In this document: piece after piece, positions 36,429 to 49,766 of the stretch
Numbering within the stretch: the first letter of the stretch is position 1
Layout: every line of letters starts with the position of its first letter
From: Octopus sinensis
Lineage: Eukaryota
Assembly (NCBI RefSeq): GCF_006345805.1
Contig: NC_043000.1
Span: forward strand, 89,032,001 to 89,096,000
DNA: 64,000 nucleotides
Direction of reading: 5' to 3'
Position numbers and translations under genes: made by a program
Notes under the pieces: model-generated
Database searches by the model: none
What the model was told of the DNA's origin: nothing
The model's input: only the letters and a program-made list of their open reading frames with translations

Positions 36429-39220
36429 CTAGCAGAAAGACTGCCCTCCAGGCAGTTTTCTGCTAGGCACTTGATAATATTTCCCCATTTGATTCCTATT
36501 TCTAATAATTTTTATATTTTAAGTCTAATTATTTTCTTGTATTATAGTGCTCACTTGCTTAGTAAGTATTGCTTTCATTATTTTATTACTGTCATAATCT
36601 CTGTTTTTAAAACAAACATCAAGGTAGTCCAACTTCATTTAATGTGTGAAAAAATAGCAGCAATCACATACGGATATTTTAATACCTATAGCCTATCAAA
36701 TATCCTTAGAAACAAATTCATTTGCTAATTCTTAGATAACGATGGAAAAGAAATAAATCACATGAGTTCAAAGCATCAGTAAGTTTTAATAAGTTGTCCA
36801 ATATAATTTATTTTCAGTATGTATAAACAATAAACTGAGGGCATTTGCACAGTGAATGTAAGTCAACAAAATACCTGATTTCCTCAGCTGAAATAACAAA
36901 ATAAAACTTGAAGTGAAAAAAATTGCAATGAATATGTATTAAGTAGATTATTATTAATGAAAACAATTAGGGACAGGAGAGAGAAAAGGTGAGAGACTGT
37001 GTTGCAAATGAGACCGTAAAATTTTGCCAGAACCTATTAATATTGTTTATCAAGTGTTAAAACCTCCTCTGCAGTGAATGTAAAGTTTGGCAACAAATGT
37101 TTAAATTTGTGATACTAAATAATAACAGATGCTTCGAAAAAACTTTTATATATTAACAGAGGTATTTATTAAAATTTTCCAGAGAGTCAAGTTTATAATC
37201 TGGCTGTTATGGAGGGTGTGAGTAACTAATGGACATCATAGAAATTTATATGTAGATATATAGCTGAGTCAATCTGTTTGATATATTTATCATTAATAAT
37301 TGGTAGAACTTGCATATGTGTGTATAGATAGTTAGATAGATGGATGGAGGGGCGGACACATATGCACACACACACACAAATGTCTGGTGCTGTGAGAACA
37401 CATGGGAATGGCATTTCCTTACTTTTCCACATATACCCAAATTTAAAATGATCTAATATAACAATGTCATTCATTCAGCATGTGTTGAAATATGCCAAAA
37501 CAATTTATTTCTACACAAATGTTTGTTACTTTACATATAATTTATGCGTTAATTCTATTTACCGAAACTTGCTAAAAAGCATATTTTGCTTTAAAGTAGT
37601 ATCTCCTTTTAGACACAATTGTCAGTAATCATACTGTTTCCATTTCTCTCAGCCAATATTTTTACATTAGCCTTCTTTCAAACTCTAGATAATGCAACAT
37701 ACAGCTGACCATATGAGAAGAACTGTGTCGGAAGATATATTCCAATTTGTTCAAAAGTTTGTTCCTGTGCCTTGTTGCACATCAAGGCAAAAGCTGGCTT
37801 GACAGGAAATTGTTTGCATGTAAATGTGAATGGAAATTCCATTTCTTGAGATATATGTGGTATTCTTGGGATTAGTAGTGTTGATCCTGCATAAGGACCA
37901 GACACAACCTCACCCTCAATAACATGATCTTGTAAACTGACAATGATGTAGTGTATATCATTGCAATGTCCATTAGTAGTATCTAAATTTCTCAGAAGTA
38001 TTATGCAGCATTTTTGCTTCAGTTTGAGAATGTGTGGTGGAAACCCTGATGGTATTAGTTTGTTGATGAACTCGATTGGGTATGAAGTTTCATTATCAAC
38101 TGTATCTGAGCTTCTGTATATATTTAGCTCACCAGGGAACCTGGTCAACAGATAATCATTCACAGATTGTGCTGCTTCAGTTGGAGTAACAGTGGTTCTT
38201 TTTGCAATCCACACAGGGTTTATGAAGTTATTTTTGAGTTCAGCATATACAAAATCACATAAATCTGAAAGAGTACCATTTTCAAGGCAAAGATCATTGG
38301 GTAGTTTGATTTTGAATCCACCTAGGTTTTGTTCAACAGAAGTGTTACCTTTTCCTACATAAAGAAGGTAATTAGCAAACTCTCTTTCACCATTACTTTG
38401 AAGTAGAATATTCTCCTCTAGAGTACCCTAACCAGTTGGTCATGTATAGCGGAAACAGAATCATGTCTACGTCTCCGTGCATATTCAGACATCTGCTTCA
38501 GTTATTCTGCCCTGGTTTCATCTGATTCAGTTGCCCATCCTTCTCTCAGCCGTTGAGCCTTTGCTGTTAAATTTTCTTTTTCAGCTGCATATTATATGTG
38601 AAAGTTCTTTAAAAACTATCTTATTTAGCGTGCTAGAAATAGCAGTGATCACATAGTTATTTTTGTAAGGCGTATAGCATTCTAAGCAGCCATACCAACA
38701 AAATCACTTCTTTATTAAAATAAAAAAATTATACCAGTATATTAAAGAATTTTCCTTTTATCAAAAATATTCATTTAACAAAGTCAGGAAACTGGGAATA
38801 TTCTTGAAATTATGCCTTGTATCAAAGTTATATAGCTATTATTAAATTATCATTAATGAAAATAGAGGTGAGCGAGAATAAGAGACTGTTGGAAATAAAA
38901 ATGTAAAATGTTGCCTGCAACGAATTAATATTGTTTATTATTAAACATTAAAATTTACTCTGCCGTGAATGCAATGAATATTTAAATTTATGAAGAATTG
39001 GACGCAGTGAATGCAATGAATATTTAAATTTGTTAGCATTTGGAGTTTAAAAACTTCAATAAACTTCAGAAATCAAAATTATAGGAAATTTCTTAGAACA
39101 TGAATTTATAAAAATATTTACAGATGGTGAAACTTTTAATATTGCTTTCTTTTAGTACTTTTAGTAATTGTTACATACCTAATTAATAAACAGCTTCCTC
39201 CATTATATTATAAATGTATA
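36429..39220 (-). mobile_element. Internally deleted Helitron with PIF1-type helicase C-terminal half (open 37678 to about 38430)
   Basis: EFANYLLYVGKG, PSGFPPHILKLK..IILLRNL..GHCN, IPRI, QFPVKPAFALMCNKAQEQT, FSYGQLYVALSRV; RepHel N-terminal charged repeat remnant at 38460-38590; hairpin + CTAG|T 3' end at 36429. The 5' end near 39.2 kb is approximate. Confidence 0.85.
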
Positions 39221-40676
39221 CACACACATGCACACAAAGCAGGCTTCCATACAGTGTCTGTTCACCAAATTCAGTCACATGTCATTGATCAGCCTGAGCC
39301 TATAGTAGAAGACATCGTCTAAGTTGCTGCATAGTGGGACCAAACCCTAATCCACCTGTTTGGAAAACAAGTTTCTTAACCACACAGCTGTCTCAGTAAT
39401 TAGATCTTTGTTATATATCAAAATGTTTTGATGCTATACTGTGTGTAATACTATTGCAATTACAATGAAATAGTGTATACGCTTGTGAGTGTGTGTGTGT
39501 ATGTGTACATAAACGTTTTAAATGGTTGATCTGACTTTTCCATGATGTTTCAATACAGGATTGCAGATCAGGTATCCAACCATATTCCACAGCCACTCTC
39601 ACACACATATGCACACCTTCATATACAAATATGTTCTTTCAAATCTGCAATATATAATGAACAGATTACAATTTCTGTTCTTGAGAATAGATCCTCATTA
39701 ACGATTTCCTCTGTGTAGCCAAATCCATTTCAATAAATTTATATGGCATGGAACGGAAAATGTTTCACAAGCAGAAAAGTGTCTCCGTGACAGCAGGAGA
39801 TAAGTGGTAAATCTACTAAGATTTAATCTTTGGTATGTATGTGTGTGTATGTATCTATATACATTTACACACACACACACACACGTATTATCTATTTTGG
39901 TAAATAGAGGGAAATGCATAGACATACACACACGCACAGATTTACAGACATATGATCAAGCCAATTCCAAAGTAGCTAATGCTAGTCTGCATTGGCAAGA
40001 CATCTTATTTATATGTATGTATGTACATATCTATGTATGTTTGTTTATGTGTGTGTGTATAGATATATGTGTGTGTGTGTGTTTTAAGAATTTAGTGGCA
40101 TATCCATTAAGTGCCTAATCTGCAGGAAGCTTGTGATATGAATTCTTATTGATGAATATGTCACATATCTGCTTTCAGTTTTATTGCTTAGCAATCTATA
40201 CCATTTAATACAGAATATAGGCAAAATCCTTAGAATGTTGTGTGAAATAATAAGCAGTATTTTGTCATGGATCTTTAGATTACAAATTCAAATCTGGTCA
40301 AAAGTCGATTTTTGTCTTTTATCCTTCCAAGGGAGAAATGAAATAAGATTGTAATCAAGCACTAGGTGTCAATATAATCGACTCTCACCACCCTCCAGAT
40401 GGCTATGGCATTGTGTCTAAACATCTTTTCACACTTAATATGTCAGTGACAAAATATATTGCCAAAACTATGTTTCTTCAGAGGAATTTTGCATGGATAA
40501 ATTCTTTGAAAATGTCATTTCTGACACAAAACTTACAGCAGACAGACAAATTCCTGACAATGAAAAGTGATTCTATGATTCTTTAGTGTCTTACAGCAGT
40601 CTGTCTTCAATAAGTATTAAAGTAGTACCTCACCCTAATAACTCAGGTAGTTGATGTGCTCCTTCAGTTACCCATG

Positions 40677-40710
<34 letters not shown>

Positions 40711-40715
<5 letters not shown>

Positions 40716-40974
40716 GTAAATGTAATATGTGACAATTATTTGGTAGCCATGATAAAACTCAGAGTTTTGGATATCGGGGTGGAAATATCCACACCGCCAT
40801 CTCTTCAGTTATCCGGCTATTGGGAAAAAAACACAAAAAAGGGTCATTTTCATAGCATTTTTTCCGATGGCCGAATAACTGAAGAGATGGCTGCATAGAT
40901 TTCCACCCCGACATCCAAAACTTGGAGTTTTATCATGGCTACAGAATAATTGTCACATATTACATTTACTGATA
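40711..40974. mobile_element. Foldback/MITE-like element, arms of about 110 bp
   Basis: GTAAATGTAATATGTGACAATTATT / AATAATTGTCACATATTACATTTAC; GCCATCTCTTCAGTTAT / ATAACTGAAGAGATGGC. Confidence 0.85.
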
Positions 40975-41607
40975 AATTCCTCTATTTACATAATATCGAG
41001 GTCTCTTTCGTTCTTTTGTTGTCTTACCATTTCTATCAATATATATATATGTTAGATTATTAGCCACTACACACATTTTTTCTCTCCTTGTTTCTCTCCT
41101 TTTTTTTCTGTGTCCCTTTCTGTAGAAGTGTGTAAGCTCGAAACGTAAAAGACTTTTTATTCCTGAGCATTATACTATTACATCTGTTGGTTTGTACACC
41201 ACCTGTTTTCTCTTTTGTTTTTTTCGTAAACTCTCCCTATATATGTATGTATATATATATATATATCATCATCATCATCATCGTTTAACATCCTTCTTCT
41301 ATGCTGGCATAAGCTGATGGGTTGGATGGTTTGACAGAAGCTGTCCTGGCAGGAGCCTGCACAAGACTTCTGTGTCTGTTTTAGCATGGATTTTACAGCT
41401 GGATGCCCTTCCAAATTCCAACCACTTTACAGTGTGGACTGAATGCTTTTTAAGTGGCACCAATAGTGGAAGTGTCACCTAGTAACCTGCAAGATAAGGA
41501 TCCTTTGAAAGCAGAGGGGCATTGGAGAAAGGGATCTTGTGTCAGATGGTGAAAAGTTATAGTGAGACAGATAGACAGAAACGGGTAGTAGATGACAGAA
41601 ACAGGTG

Positions 41608-41831
41608 GTAAGCTGGCAGAAACGTGAGCACTTTGGGCAAAATGCTTGGTATTTCGTCTGTCTTTACGTTCTGAGTTCAAATTTCGCTGAGGTCGACTTT
41701 GCCTTTCATCCTTTCGGGGTCAATTAAATAAGTACCAGTTACACACTGGGGTCAAAATAATCGACTTAATCTGTTTGTCTGTCCTTGTTTGTCCTCTCTG
41801 TATGTAGCCCCTTGTGGGCAGTGAAGAAATA
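41608..41831 (+). mobile_element. SINE family B monomer with 11-bp TSD
   Basis: AGAAACAGGTG at 41597-41607 and 41832-41842. Confidence 0.85.
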
Positions 41832-42363
41832 AGAAACAGGTGTCTTGTTGTTGGGAAGGTAAATGGTTACCTGGCCAGAGAGAGAGAAAGAGACAAATAG
41901 AGTGAGAGAGAAAATGAGGACAGAAACAAGTGTGCTGATGTAGAGGGGATACATGGTTACCCAACCTGAGGGAAGAGCAAGAGGAGAGAGAGAGAGAGAG
42001 AGGGTGGGAGACAACAGGAGTGTGAGAGAGAGTAGGAGAGAGAGAGAGAGGGTGGGAGACAACATGAGTGTAAGAGAGAGTTGGAGAGAGATGGTTGCAA
42101 AATGCTGGAATACTCACAAGGGATGGGGACCAGAATACAAGAGAGATGGTTGAGTAAAAGAAGACAAAGCGAGATGGTGGCAAGTGCTAGGGCATACCCA
42201 TATATGTATGTATGTATTTATATATAGAGTAGGACGGGTTTAGGCCACTGATGATTTAAACCACTAGGTATGCTCCGTAATGCTGTAATTGATAATCCTT
42301 CAGGATCCAAATTCACAATGAAATTTGGACTTGGGGATCCATAGCTTACTTCCAAGTCAGTGG

Positions 42364-42604
42364 GTATAAATTAAAGGAAGAGGAAAACAAACCCAAAGTA
42401 GGACAAGCTTATAGATCATTTAAAATATTTTAATTAATGTAGGCGTAGGTGTGGCTGTGTGGTAAATAGCTTGCTAATGAACCACATGGTTCCAGGTTCA
42501 GTCCCACTGCATGGCACCTTGGGAAAGTTTCTTCTACTATAGCTTCAGGCCGACCAAAGCCTTATGAGTGGATTTGGTAGACGGAAACGGAAAGTAGCCC
42601 GTCG

Positions 42605-42636
<32 letters not shown>

Positions 42637-43287
42637 TACATATACATATATATATGTATGTATGTATGTGTGTGTATATGTTTGTGTGTCTGTGTTTGAC
42701 CCCGCCCAACATCTCTTGACAACCAATGCTGGTATATTTACATCCCCGTATCTTAGCGGTTCAGCAAAAGAGACCGATAGAATAAGTACTAGGCTTACAA
42801 AGAATAAGTCCTGAGGTCGATTTGCTTGACTAAAGGCAGTGCTCCAGCATGACCACAGTCACATGACTTAAACAAGTAAAAGAGTAGGTGAATCGAAGTA
42901 AGGAAAAGCAAAAGTAAATAATAGTGTCTTACAACTGTTTCTGGGATATCCCGGGTAATGGATCAATGTGTTGATCAACATTCCTATATACTGGGTATTC
43001 CGTCTTCAGAGACAAGGTGTATGTGCAGGAAACGTCTAGACGGAAAATATTTTTATCTATATTAAATTTTCTGTATAGACGTTTCCTGCATATACACCTT
43101 GTCTCTGATGACAGAATACCCACTATATAGAAATGTTGATCGACATATTGATCCATTATCTGGGATATCTCAGAAGCAGCTGTATGGCGTTATTTACTTT
43201 TACTTTCTCTTTACATTAATCAAAATATTTTTAATGATCTGATAAGCCTACATTGGTTTTGTTTTCCTCTTCCTTTAATGTATATAC
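42364..43287. mobile_element. Foldback element whose left arm is split by a family A SINE (42441-42886)
   Basis: TTAAAGGAAGAGGAAAACAAA / TTTGTTTTCCTCTTCCTTTAA; 42890-43040 pairs with 43070-43200. Confidence 0.8.
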
Positions 43288-43489
43288 TCTCTTTACTCTT
43301 TACTCTTTTACTTGTTTCAGTCATGTGACTGTGGCGATGCTGGAGCACCACCTTTAGTCAAGCAAGTTGACCCCAGGATTTATACTTTGTAAGCCTAGTA
43401 CTTATTCTATCGGTCTCTTTTGCCAAACTGCTAAGTTACAGGGATGTAAACACATCAACATCGGTTGTCAAACGATGTTATGGGGTGGA

Positions 43490-45010
43490 TGTTAGAATAA
43501 GAATAGACTGGGAAAAGTTCAGAGAACTCCTACCTCTGCTGGTAACAAAGGGCCTCTCTCTCTCAGAGTGAAAGGCAGACTGTATGATGCCTGTGTGTGA
43601 ACAGCCATGCTACATGGCAGTGAAACATGGACTGTGACAGAGTGTAAGTGTCCTGAGAGAAAAGTTGGGCATAAGAGGCATCAGTTGTGCTGTGCAAGAG
43701 AGACGACTGTGCTAGTATGGTTATGTGATGCTTTTGATCAAGGACAGCTGTGTGAAGATGTTCCACACTCTACAGTTGGAGGGAATCTGTCAAAGAGATA
43801 GACCCAGGAAGACATGTGATGAGGTATTGAAGCATGATCTTTGAATGTTAGGCTTCACAGAGGTAATGACAAGGGATCTTTACCTTTTGACCTACAGATT
43901 TAAAAAATAATTTTTTTTAACTAAACACTTTCAAACTTCAGACGCTGGTAGAATGTGTCAGATAAAACATCTTTTACTCTTAGCATTTTTGAGAAAAACT
44001 TATATTTACGAAATAATTTCACGTCAAATTTCAGTAATTTCAACCAATCAAAGATGTATATTCAGCTGAATAAAATTACTGCCGTTGTTTCTCAACAAGA
44101 ACTTCCGGCGGTGTATTTTTTGTTTGTCACTGTTATTTATGACAACCCTAACCCTAAAACCAGTACAAACGCATGAACGATGTCATAAATAACAGTGACA
44201 AATGAAAAATACACTGCCGATAGTTATTAACAAACAACGGCAGTAATTTTATTCCGCTGAATACACGTCTTTGATTGGGTGAAATTACCGAAATAGGATA
44301 ACTTTGACATGAAATTACTTCATAAATGTAAATTTTTCTCAAAAATGCTAAGAGTAAAAGATGTTTTATATGACACATTCTACCAGCGTCCGAAGTTTGA
44401 AAGTGTTTAGTTACAAAAAATTATTTTTTTAATCTGTAGGTCAAAAGGTAAAGATCCATGACAAGTGACCAAAACTTTTGGTGGTATGTTGTGCTTGAGA
44501 AGACACATCAAGCCAAGTGAGTTCATAGTAATGGCCAATGCCAGTGTCGCATAACTGGCACGTAAAAAGCACCCTATATGCTGTGCTGAGAAACCTTGTA
44601 AAGCTAAGTGAAATTGTAATTGTGGCCAAAGCCAGTGCCATCAAACTGGCACTTTTGCTGGTGGCACATAAAACACACCATTTCAGCAATGGACCTCACT
44701 GAGGCAGTGACAGTTGACTGAGACCTTTCACTATATAGCATGCTTGTGTGGACTTGTCAAAGCAAGTGGGATCATAGTCATAGCCAAAGCCGGTGTCAGG
44801 CCAATGACACCTTTGGCAGTGGCACGTAAAAAGCACCCACTACACTCTTGGAGTGGTTTGCCATTAGGAAGAGCATCCAGCTGTAGAAACCTTACCAAAT
44901 CAGATTGGAACCTAGTGCAGTTCCCCAGTTTACCAGTTTCCAGTCAAACCATCCAATCCTTGGCAGCATAGAAAGCGGACATTAAACAGTGATGATGATG
45001 ATGATAATGA
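43490..45010 (+). mobile_element. Decayed RTE 3' region (RT C-terminus and UTR) interrupted by a foldback element
   Basis: WEKFRELLPLLVTK..VKGRLYDACV matches 32020-32110; UTR and (GAT)n tail resume at 44466-45010. Confidence 0.8.
43874..44457. mobile_element. 584-bp foldback DNA element with long TIRs and 8-bp TSD
   Basis: ATGACAAG at 43866-43873 and 44458-44465; termini GGATCTTTACCTTTTGACCTACAGATT / AATCTGTAGGTCAAAAGGTAAAGATCC. Confidence 0.9.
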
Positions 45011-45702
45011 GAATGATGATGAAGAATTTAGTAAGATACTTTTGTCATTATTCAGCTGGTATTTGGAACAAATTGATATGAAAATTTCTTTTAGTTTATA
45101 TCACTTTCAATTATGAAGTTTGTTTCATACAACCAGGATTTGTTTCAGATTGGTTGGTATCAACCCGGTTAAACAGAAGTAAAACTGGAGAAAAAGTTGG
45201 AACTCACTGATTTAGTAGATCGAATTAAAAAGTGATTTAAGAAACTAGTAGAATGAATAAAGTCACTTATGATTTCAGTTTGAAAATAATCCACTTCACA
45301 TAAGCCACAGCGCTTGTTAAGAAAATCTTAATTGTCTCACGGTCTTATAATGTACATTTATTTTAAAATGTGACTCGATGTATCAGGAAAGAATTGTTCT
45401 TTTATTTTATCTAAAACCACTTTACAAATCTTTTTGCATATTGGAAGGGTCATTATCCCAACATTAAGCACATGCACTGGTTATATTTCACTTCTTTCAT
45501 TTAAAGTAGTGGCATAGAAATAGTACATGTGTTTACTGTTGGCATAATGACCCTACCAAGATGCAACAAAATCTGTTTTGATGCATAAGTTCAAATCAGG
45601 ATCTTGCAAACCAAATACATAAACAAAATGTTCTAATGCTTTATAAATTATTGTTTTACAAACAAATAAACTTTTTTGTTTTTTCTTTCTGTCTCTCAAA
45701 AG

Positions 45703-45814
45703 AATGTCATCAGAAAGTGCTGAATCAATGGAAGAAAATTTGCAGAAAATAATGAATGAATTTGCCCATCTGGTGCCACGACGGGACATTGTAACACTTG
45801 AAAAGCAGTATGAT
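45703..45814 (+). CDS. TSNAXIP1: Internal exon of TSNAXIP1-like gene (MSSESAESMEENLQKIMNEFAHLVPRRDIVTLEKQYD)
   Basis: Polypyrimidine tract + ag acceptor; first base completes AG|A (Arg) from the 14369 exon; GAT|gtatgt donor (phase 0). VPRRD motif matches TSNAXIP1 'ANFGDVVPRRDFEMQEK'. Confidence 0.85.
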
Positions 45815-46211
45815 GTATGTATTGTTTTCAACTTAGATTTTATGGAAATATATGGTACAATATAACCATGAAATTGAATATCGCAAACTAGATTATGTTG
45901 ATTAAGGAAGCTAAGAAATAGTGATTGTTTCTAGAGGTGTCAACGAAGAGCCCTCAACTACAACAAAACAACCAAAGTTTTTTTTTCCAAGGTCTGGGGT
46001 CTCCCGCCCCTAAGCCCTAGACCATCACCTAATCACCCTTACCCGTCTTGTTGCTTAACAACAACAACCACCAGCAACAAATGCTGTGCAACAAGCAGAA
46101 TAATAATAATAACAATAATTTCAAATTTTGGCACAAGTCCAGCAATTTTGGGGAAGCGGGTAGTTGATTACATTGCCCCTAGTGCACACTTGCTGACTGA
46201 GGCATTTAATA

Positions 46212-46895
46212 ACAGACCGTCGTAAGTGCCACAACTTAAAAACTGAGAAAAACACAAAGTTTTTGCGACTTTCAGAATGCAACATCTCTGCGAGGAATGG
46301 CATTAGGAAGCTGGTTTTGGTCTTAAAATGACCGTGAAAACCTCCTCTAATCATTCCACCTATATAAAATTATTTATTTATGTATGCATCTGAAAGATGA
46401 AACAATGACTGTGTTTTTCTCATTTTGTGGGATATTCTGGTACTACGAAACAGTGTATTGCATTGCATATTTTGGTCATACTACCTAGAAAAAAAACAGA
46501 GACCCCCACCCAAAGGTATTGTTTGTGTTTAAAAAGACCAAGGTAAGTATCTTTAAGAGGTAAGTAAGACAAGATAGTAAGATAATAGCCCATTATTGTT
46601 ATGATTGTAATGAGGAATATTAGGAAATGAGCTATAACACCTCGAAAAACGATACAGGAACCACACCAAAGCTATTTGTTGAGAATGTGTGCTTACAATG
46701 GTGTGTGACTAAACTCTCTGGTCCAAGGTTGGGTGAGCAAGCATTGTGTCAGTAGCGTCGAGGTACAATTTTTTTCAGCCTTATCGCAAGCCTCATAGGT
46801 TCTTCCTCCCAACATTTTTGGATTCTAGATATCGTGACAAAGAAAATGATATACTAACCTCGGAAATGTCCGGGGTGGCACTTATGGCACTCTGT
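46212..46895. mobile_element. Old TIR element with TA TSD, splitting a family B SINE
   Basis: ACAGACCGTCGTAAGTGCCAC versus GTGGCACTTATGGCACTCTGT; SINE halves at about 46120-46195 and 46900-47040. Confidence 0.55.
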
Positions 46896-48603
46896 TACTA
46901 AACTCCTCAATTAATTTATCAACTCCAAAAGAATGAATGGCAAAGTCAACCCCAGAAGAATTTGAACTCAAAACATAAAAACAGGCAGAATGCCACTACA
47001 CATTCTGTCCAGCATGCGAACAATTCTGCCAGCTCACTGCTTTCATCTGTGAGAACATGTTTAGATATTTTATTGTTTGAATTCTTGTTGTTTTGCATGC
47101 ACTCTATGAATTATTTGTTTAAACTTAATATTTTACTTAGCTTTTTATGGTGATTTATCTTGTATCAGACAGATTGCCTGTAAAATATGTACCACTCTCA
47201 CTTTATGGTTGAGTGATTACTAATAGAAATGGCAGAATCATTAGCATGCCAAGTGAAATGCTTAGTGGCATTTTGTCCATCATGCATGCGCACACACACA
47301 ATGGACTTCCTTCAGTTTCTATCTACCAAATATATTTTGGTTGACCTGCAGCTACAGTAGAAGACACTCAAGGTTCTGTGCAGTGGGACTGAATCCAGAG
47401 CCATATAGTTGGGATGCAAACTTCTGACCTCACAACCATTCTAGTAAATATACAAATTTTCCTATATACCTCTACAACATAGCCACCCAAATGTCATCTC
47501 TGTCTCACACCCTTCCCTTGTCTACTGTGTTGTCATTACTGTTCTGCTGCTCTTCAGCCCTGGTCACCCCACCTCACCCTTTATTCTCTATTCATTATAT
47601 CCACCCTTCAATCATGCCCAGTCTCTACAGTCTCTATTCTTCCCTACTTCACCTACTTGTCATCCACTCAATGCTTATTCTTCATTCATTGTATTCAACC
47701 GCCCCTTCATCCATTTCCCATCTCTTACTTTCCCATACACCCTTGCAACCTCTACTCTCTGGTGCTCTCAGTTTTTCTGTCCCCGTTCACTTCTACTCAC
47801 TTCATAACTTGAGGGTCCATGCAGATATCTCATCATCACTATTTTTATCTTTTCCCAGCTCTACCCTAACCTCCTGCCCCACTTTTTTAAAATGTGAGTT
47901 GTCATTTAGTTTCTCTATACAGCAAGATATCACTAGTGCTGATTCCATGAAAATGGTACACAGTATGTGCTGCAAAGTGCTTGGTGTTATGAAGGACATC
48001 CAGATTTAGATTCCATTCCAAAGAAGACACTGAAGCAGAATACGATCCTTGAACCCATCAGGTCCTGAGAAACCATCCAACCTGTGCTAGCTTGGAACCT
48101 GAACATTAAACGATGATGACGGTGCCAATGATAATTATGATGATGATAACAATGTCGATGATTATGATGACAATGAAATTATTATTATTATGGCTGGGTT
48201 CCAGCCTAGGCTACAGTAACATTTCTCAGTCCAACATCACTGCCTCGATGTTTTGGATAAATTCCATGCCTGTGTCTGTGATCTAGTTGTTGATGTATGT
48301 GTGATAACGTTTCCCTCTTCTTACATCACCATGAAGTGGGTTCCACAAAACTAATTTGGATCCTTCCTGTTCAGTGTGGCACATGCATTGATAATCTTTG
48401 ATTAATGTTCATGGTCTCCATTCAGCAGGTCTCCATGACGAAATTAGTACATTTCATATACAAATTTTCAACACGCTTTAGATTGTTCCAAAACCATTCC
48501 CCTATCTAAAAAAATAAAAAAACCTCCTATTTATAAAAGTAAACACAAAAATAACTCTAAAAGCAAACACTAAACATGGTTTTTATTCTGTAATATTTTG
48601 CAG

Positions 48604-48665
48604 GCATTGAGAAAAAAGAAGATTCAGTTATTAAGGGACATTGATCAACTGAGAAAAGAATATAA
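48604..48665 (+). CDS. TSNAXIP1: Internal 62-bp exon of TSNAXIP1-like gene (ALRKKKIQLLRDIDQLRKEY-N)
   Basis: ttttgcag acceptor, phase 0 start matches previous exon, AA|gtaaat phase-2 donor matches next exon; heptad-like coiled coil. Confidence 0.8.
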
Positions 48666-49766
48666 GTAAATACCAGTCTACTTTCTTTTTAAAACTTTAT
48701 TCTGAAATAATTTATTTATTTCACACTAGTTATTTCCTTTTAATTCATGTAATTTCTTGATGTTGTTGTTGGTGGTGGTGGTGGCAGTGTTGTTGTTGGT
48801 AGTAGTAGCAGTAGTAACACTGTTGTTTAACAACGTATTAAATCTGATGGTTGGTGTTCCAGTGCTGGCTGTATTTTTTTTTATATCAGGGGGTTACATT
48901 TCCAGTATGTCCTTTTAATACTGTAGGCTCTGATTTAAAAATGAATCAGCTTCAATTTCAAACAAATTGTCAAATAAAAAAAGCATAAAGGCTCTCTAAC
49001 TGGCTCATTTTACAAAATATTTAAATTAGTGTTAACATATTCAATGTAGTGAGTATCGAAAAATCTAAGAAAAAATCGTTACTTGGTTAAGGAAAAGACA
49101 ACATCAGCTTAATGTCTAATGTTATTTTAATCATTGTGGCAACAAAGGGAAACAATTCTAGATATGTTTTGGCCTTATTGGAGATTCTCAGTGAAGCATA
49201 GACTTCTGAACTTGACAATTTATTGATGAGAGGATCACAGAGTAACATCTAAGACACAAAGGTTGCAATGGTTAAACGTGAGGAATGGTCAACCTCTTGA
49301 AATTAAACATTGTTATTCTAGGAAGTAAAAGACAAAACACTTTAAACAGGATTGTCTTTGGCATTGTCCCAATGATCAGTTATAGCCACTCTGAAAATGA
49401 TATCTCTCTATCTCTTATTATAAAAGGCATATTTTATCTGCCTCCCTTTGTAACTTATAGAAATCTACAATATAGGATTTCTTCAATTACAATTTACCTA
49501 GCATTTTTAAGAGTAGAATGCATCGGGTCATGCCAGGTCCAGTTTTTAAAATTTAAACTCCAATTAAGCAAAATTTACAGAAAACTCACATTCTGGTGTG
49601 TATGTCAAATGTTTTTCTTAATGTGGTTTACACCACACGCAAACGCACACACACACAAAGGGAGCGAATTGTTTCACTGACGCTATCACCCTCTCCTCCT
49701 TTGTCTTTGCAAGTTTGCAGCTATTAAAGTGAAAACAGTGAATCCGACAGCGATAAAGAAAACGAA

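Noticed and set aside
41112-41153. Hammerhead-like CTGTAGAA..CTCGAAACGTA in a PLE pLTR
   Set aside because: Core (CUGUAGA) and stem II are broken; not a credible ribozyme in this copy.
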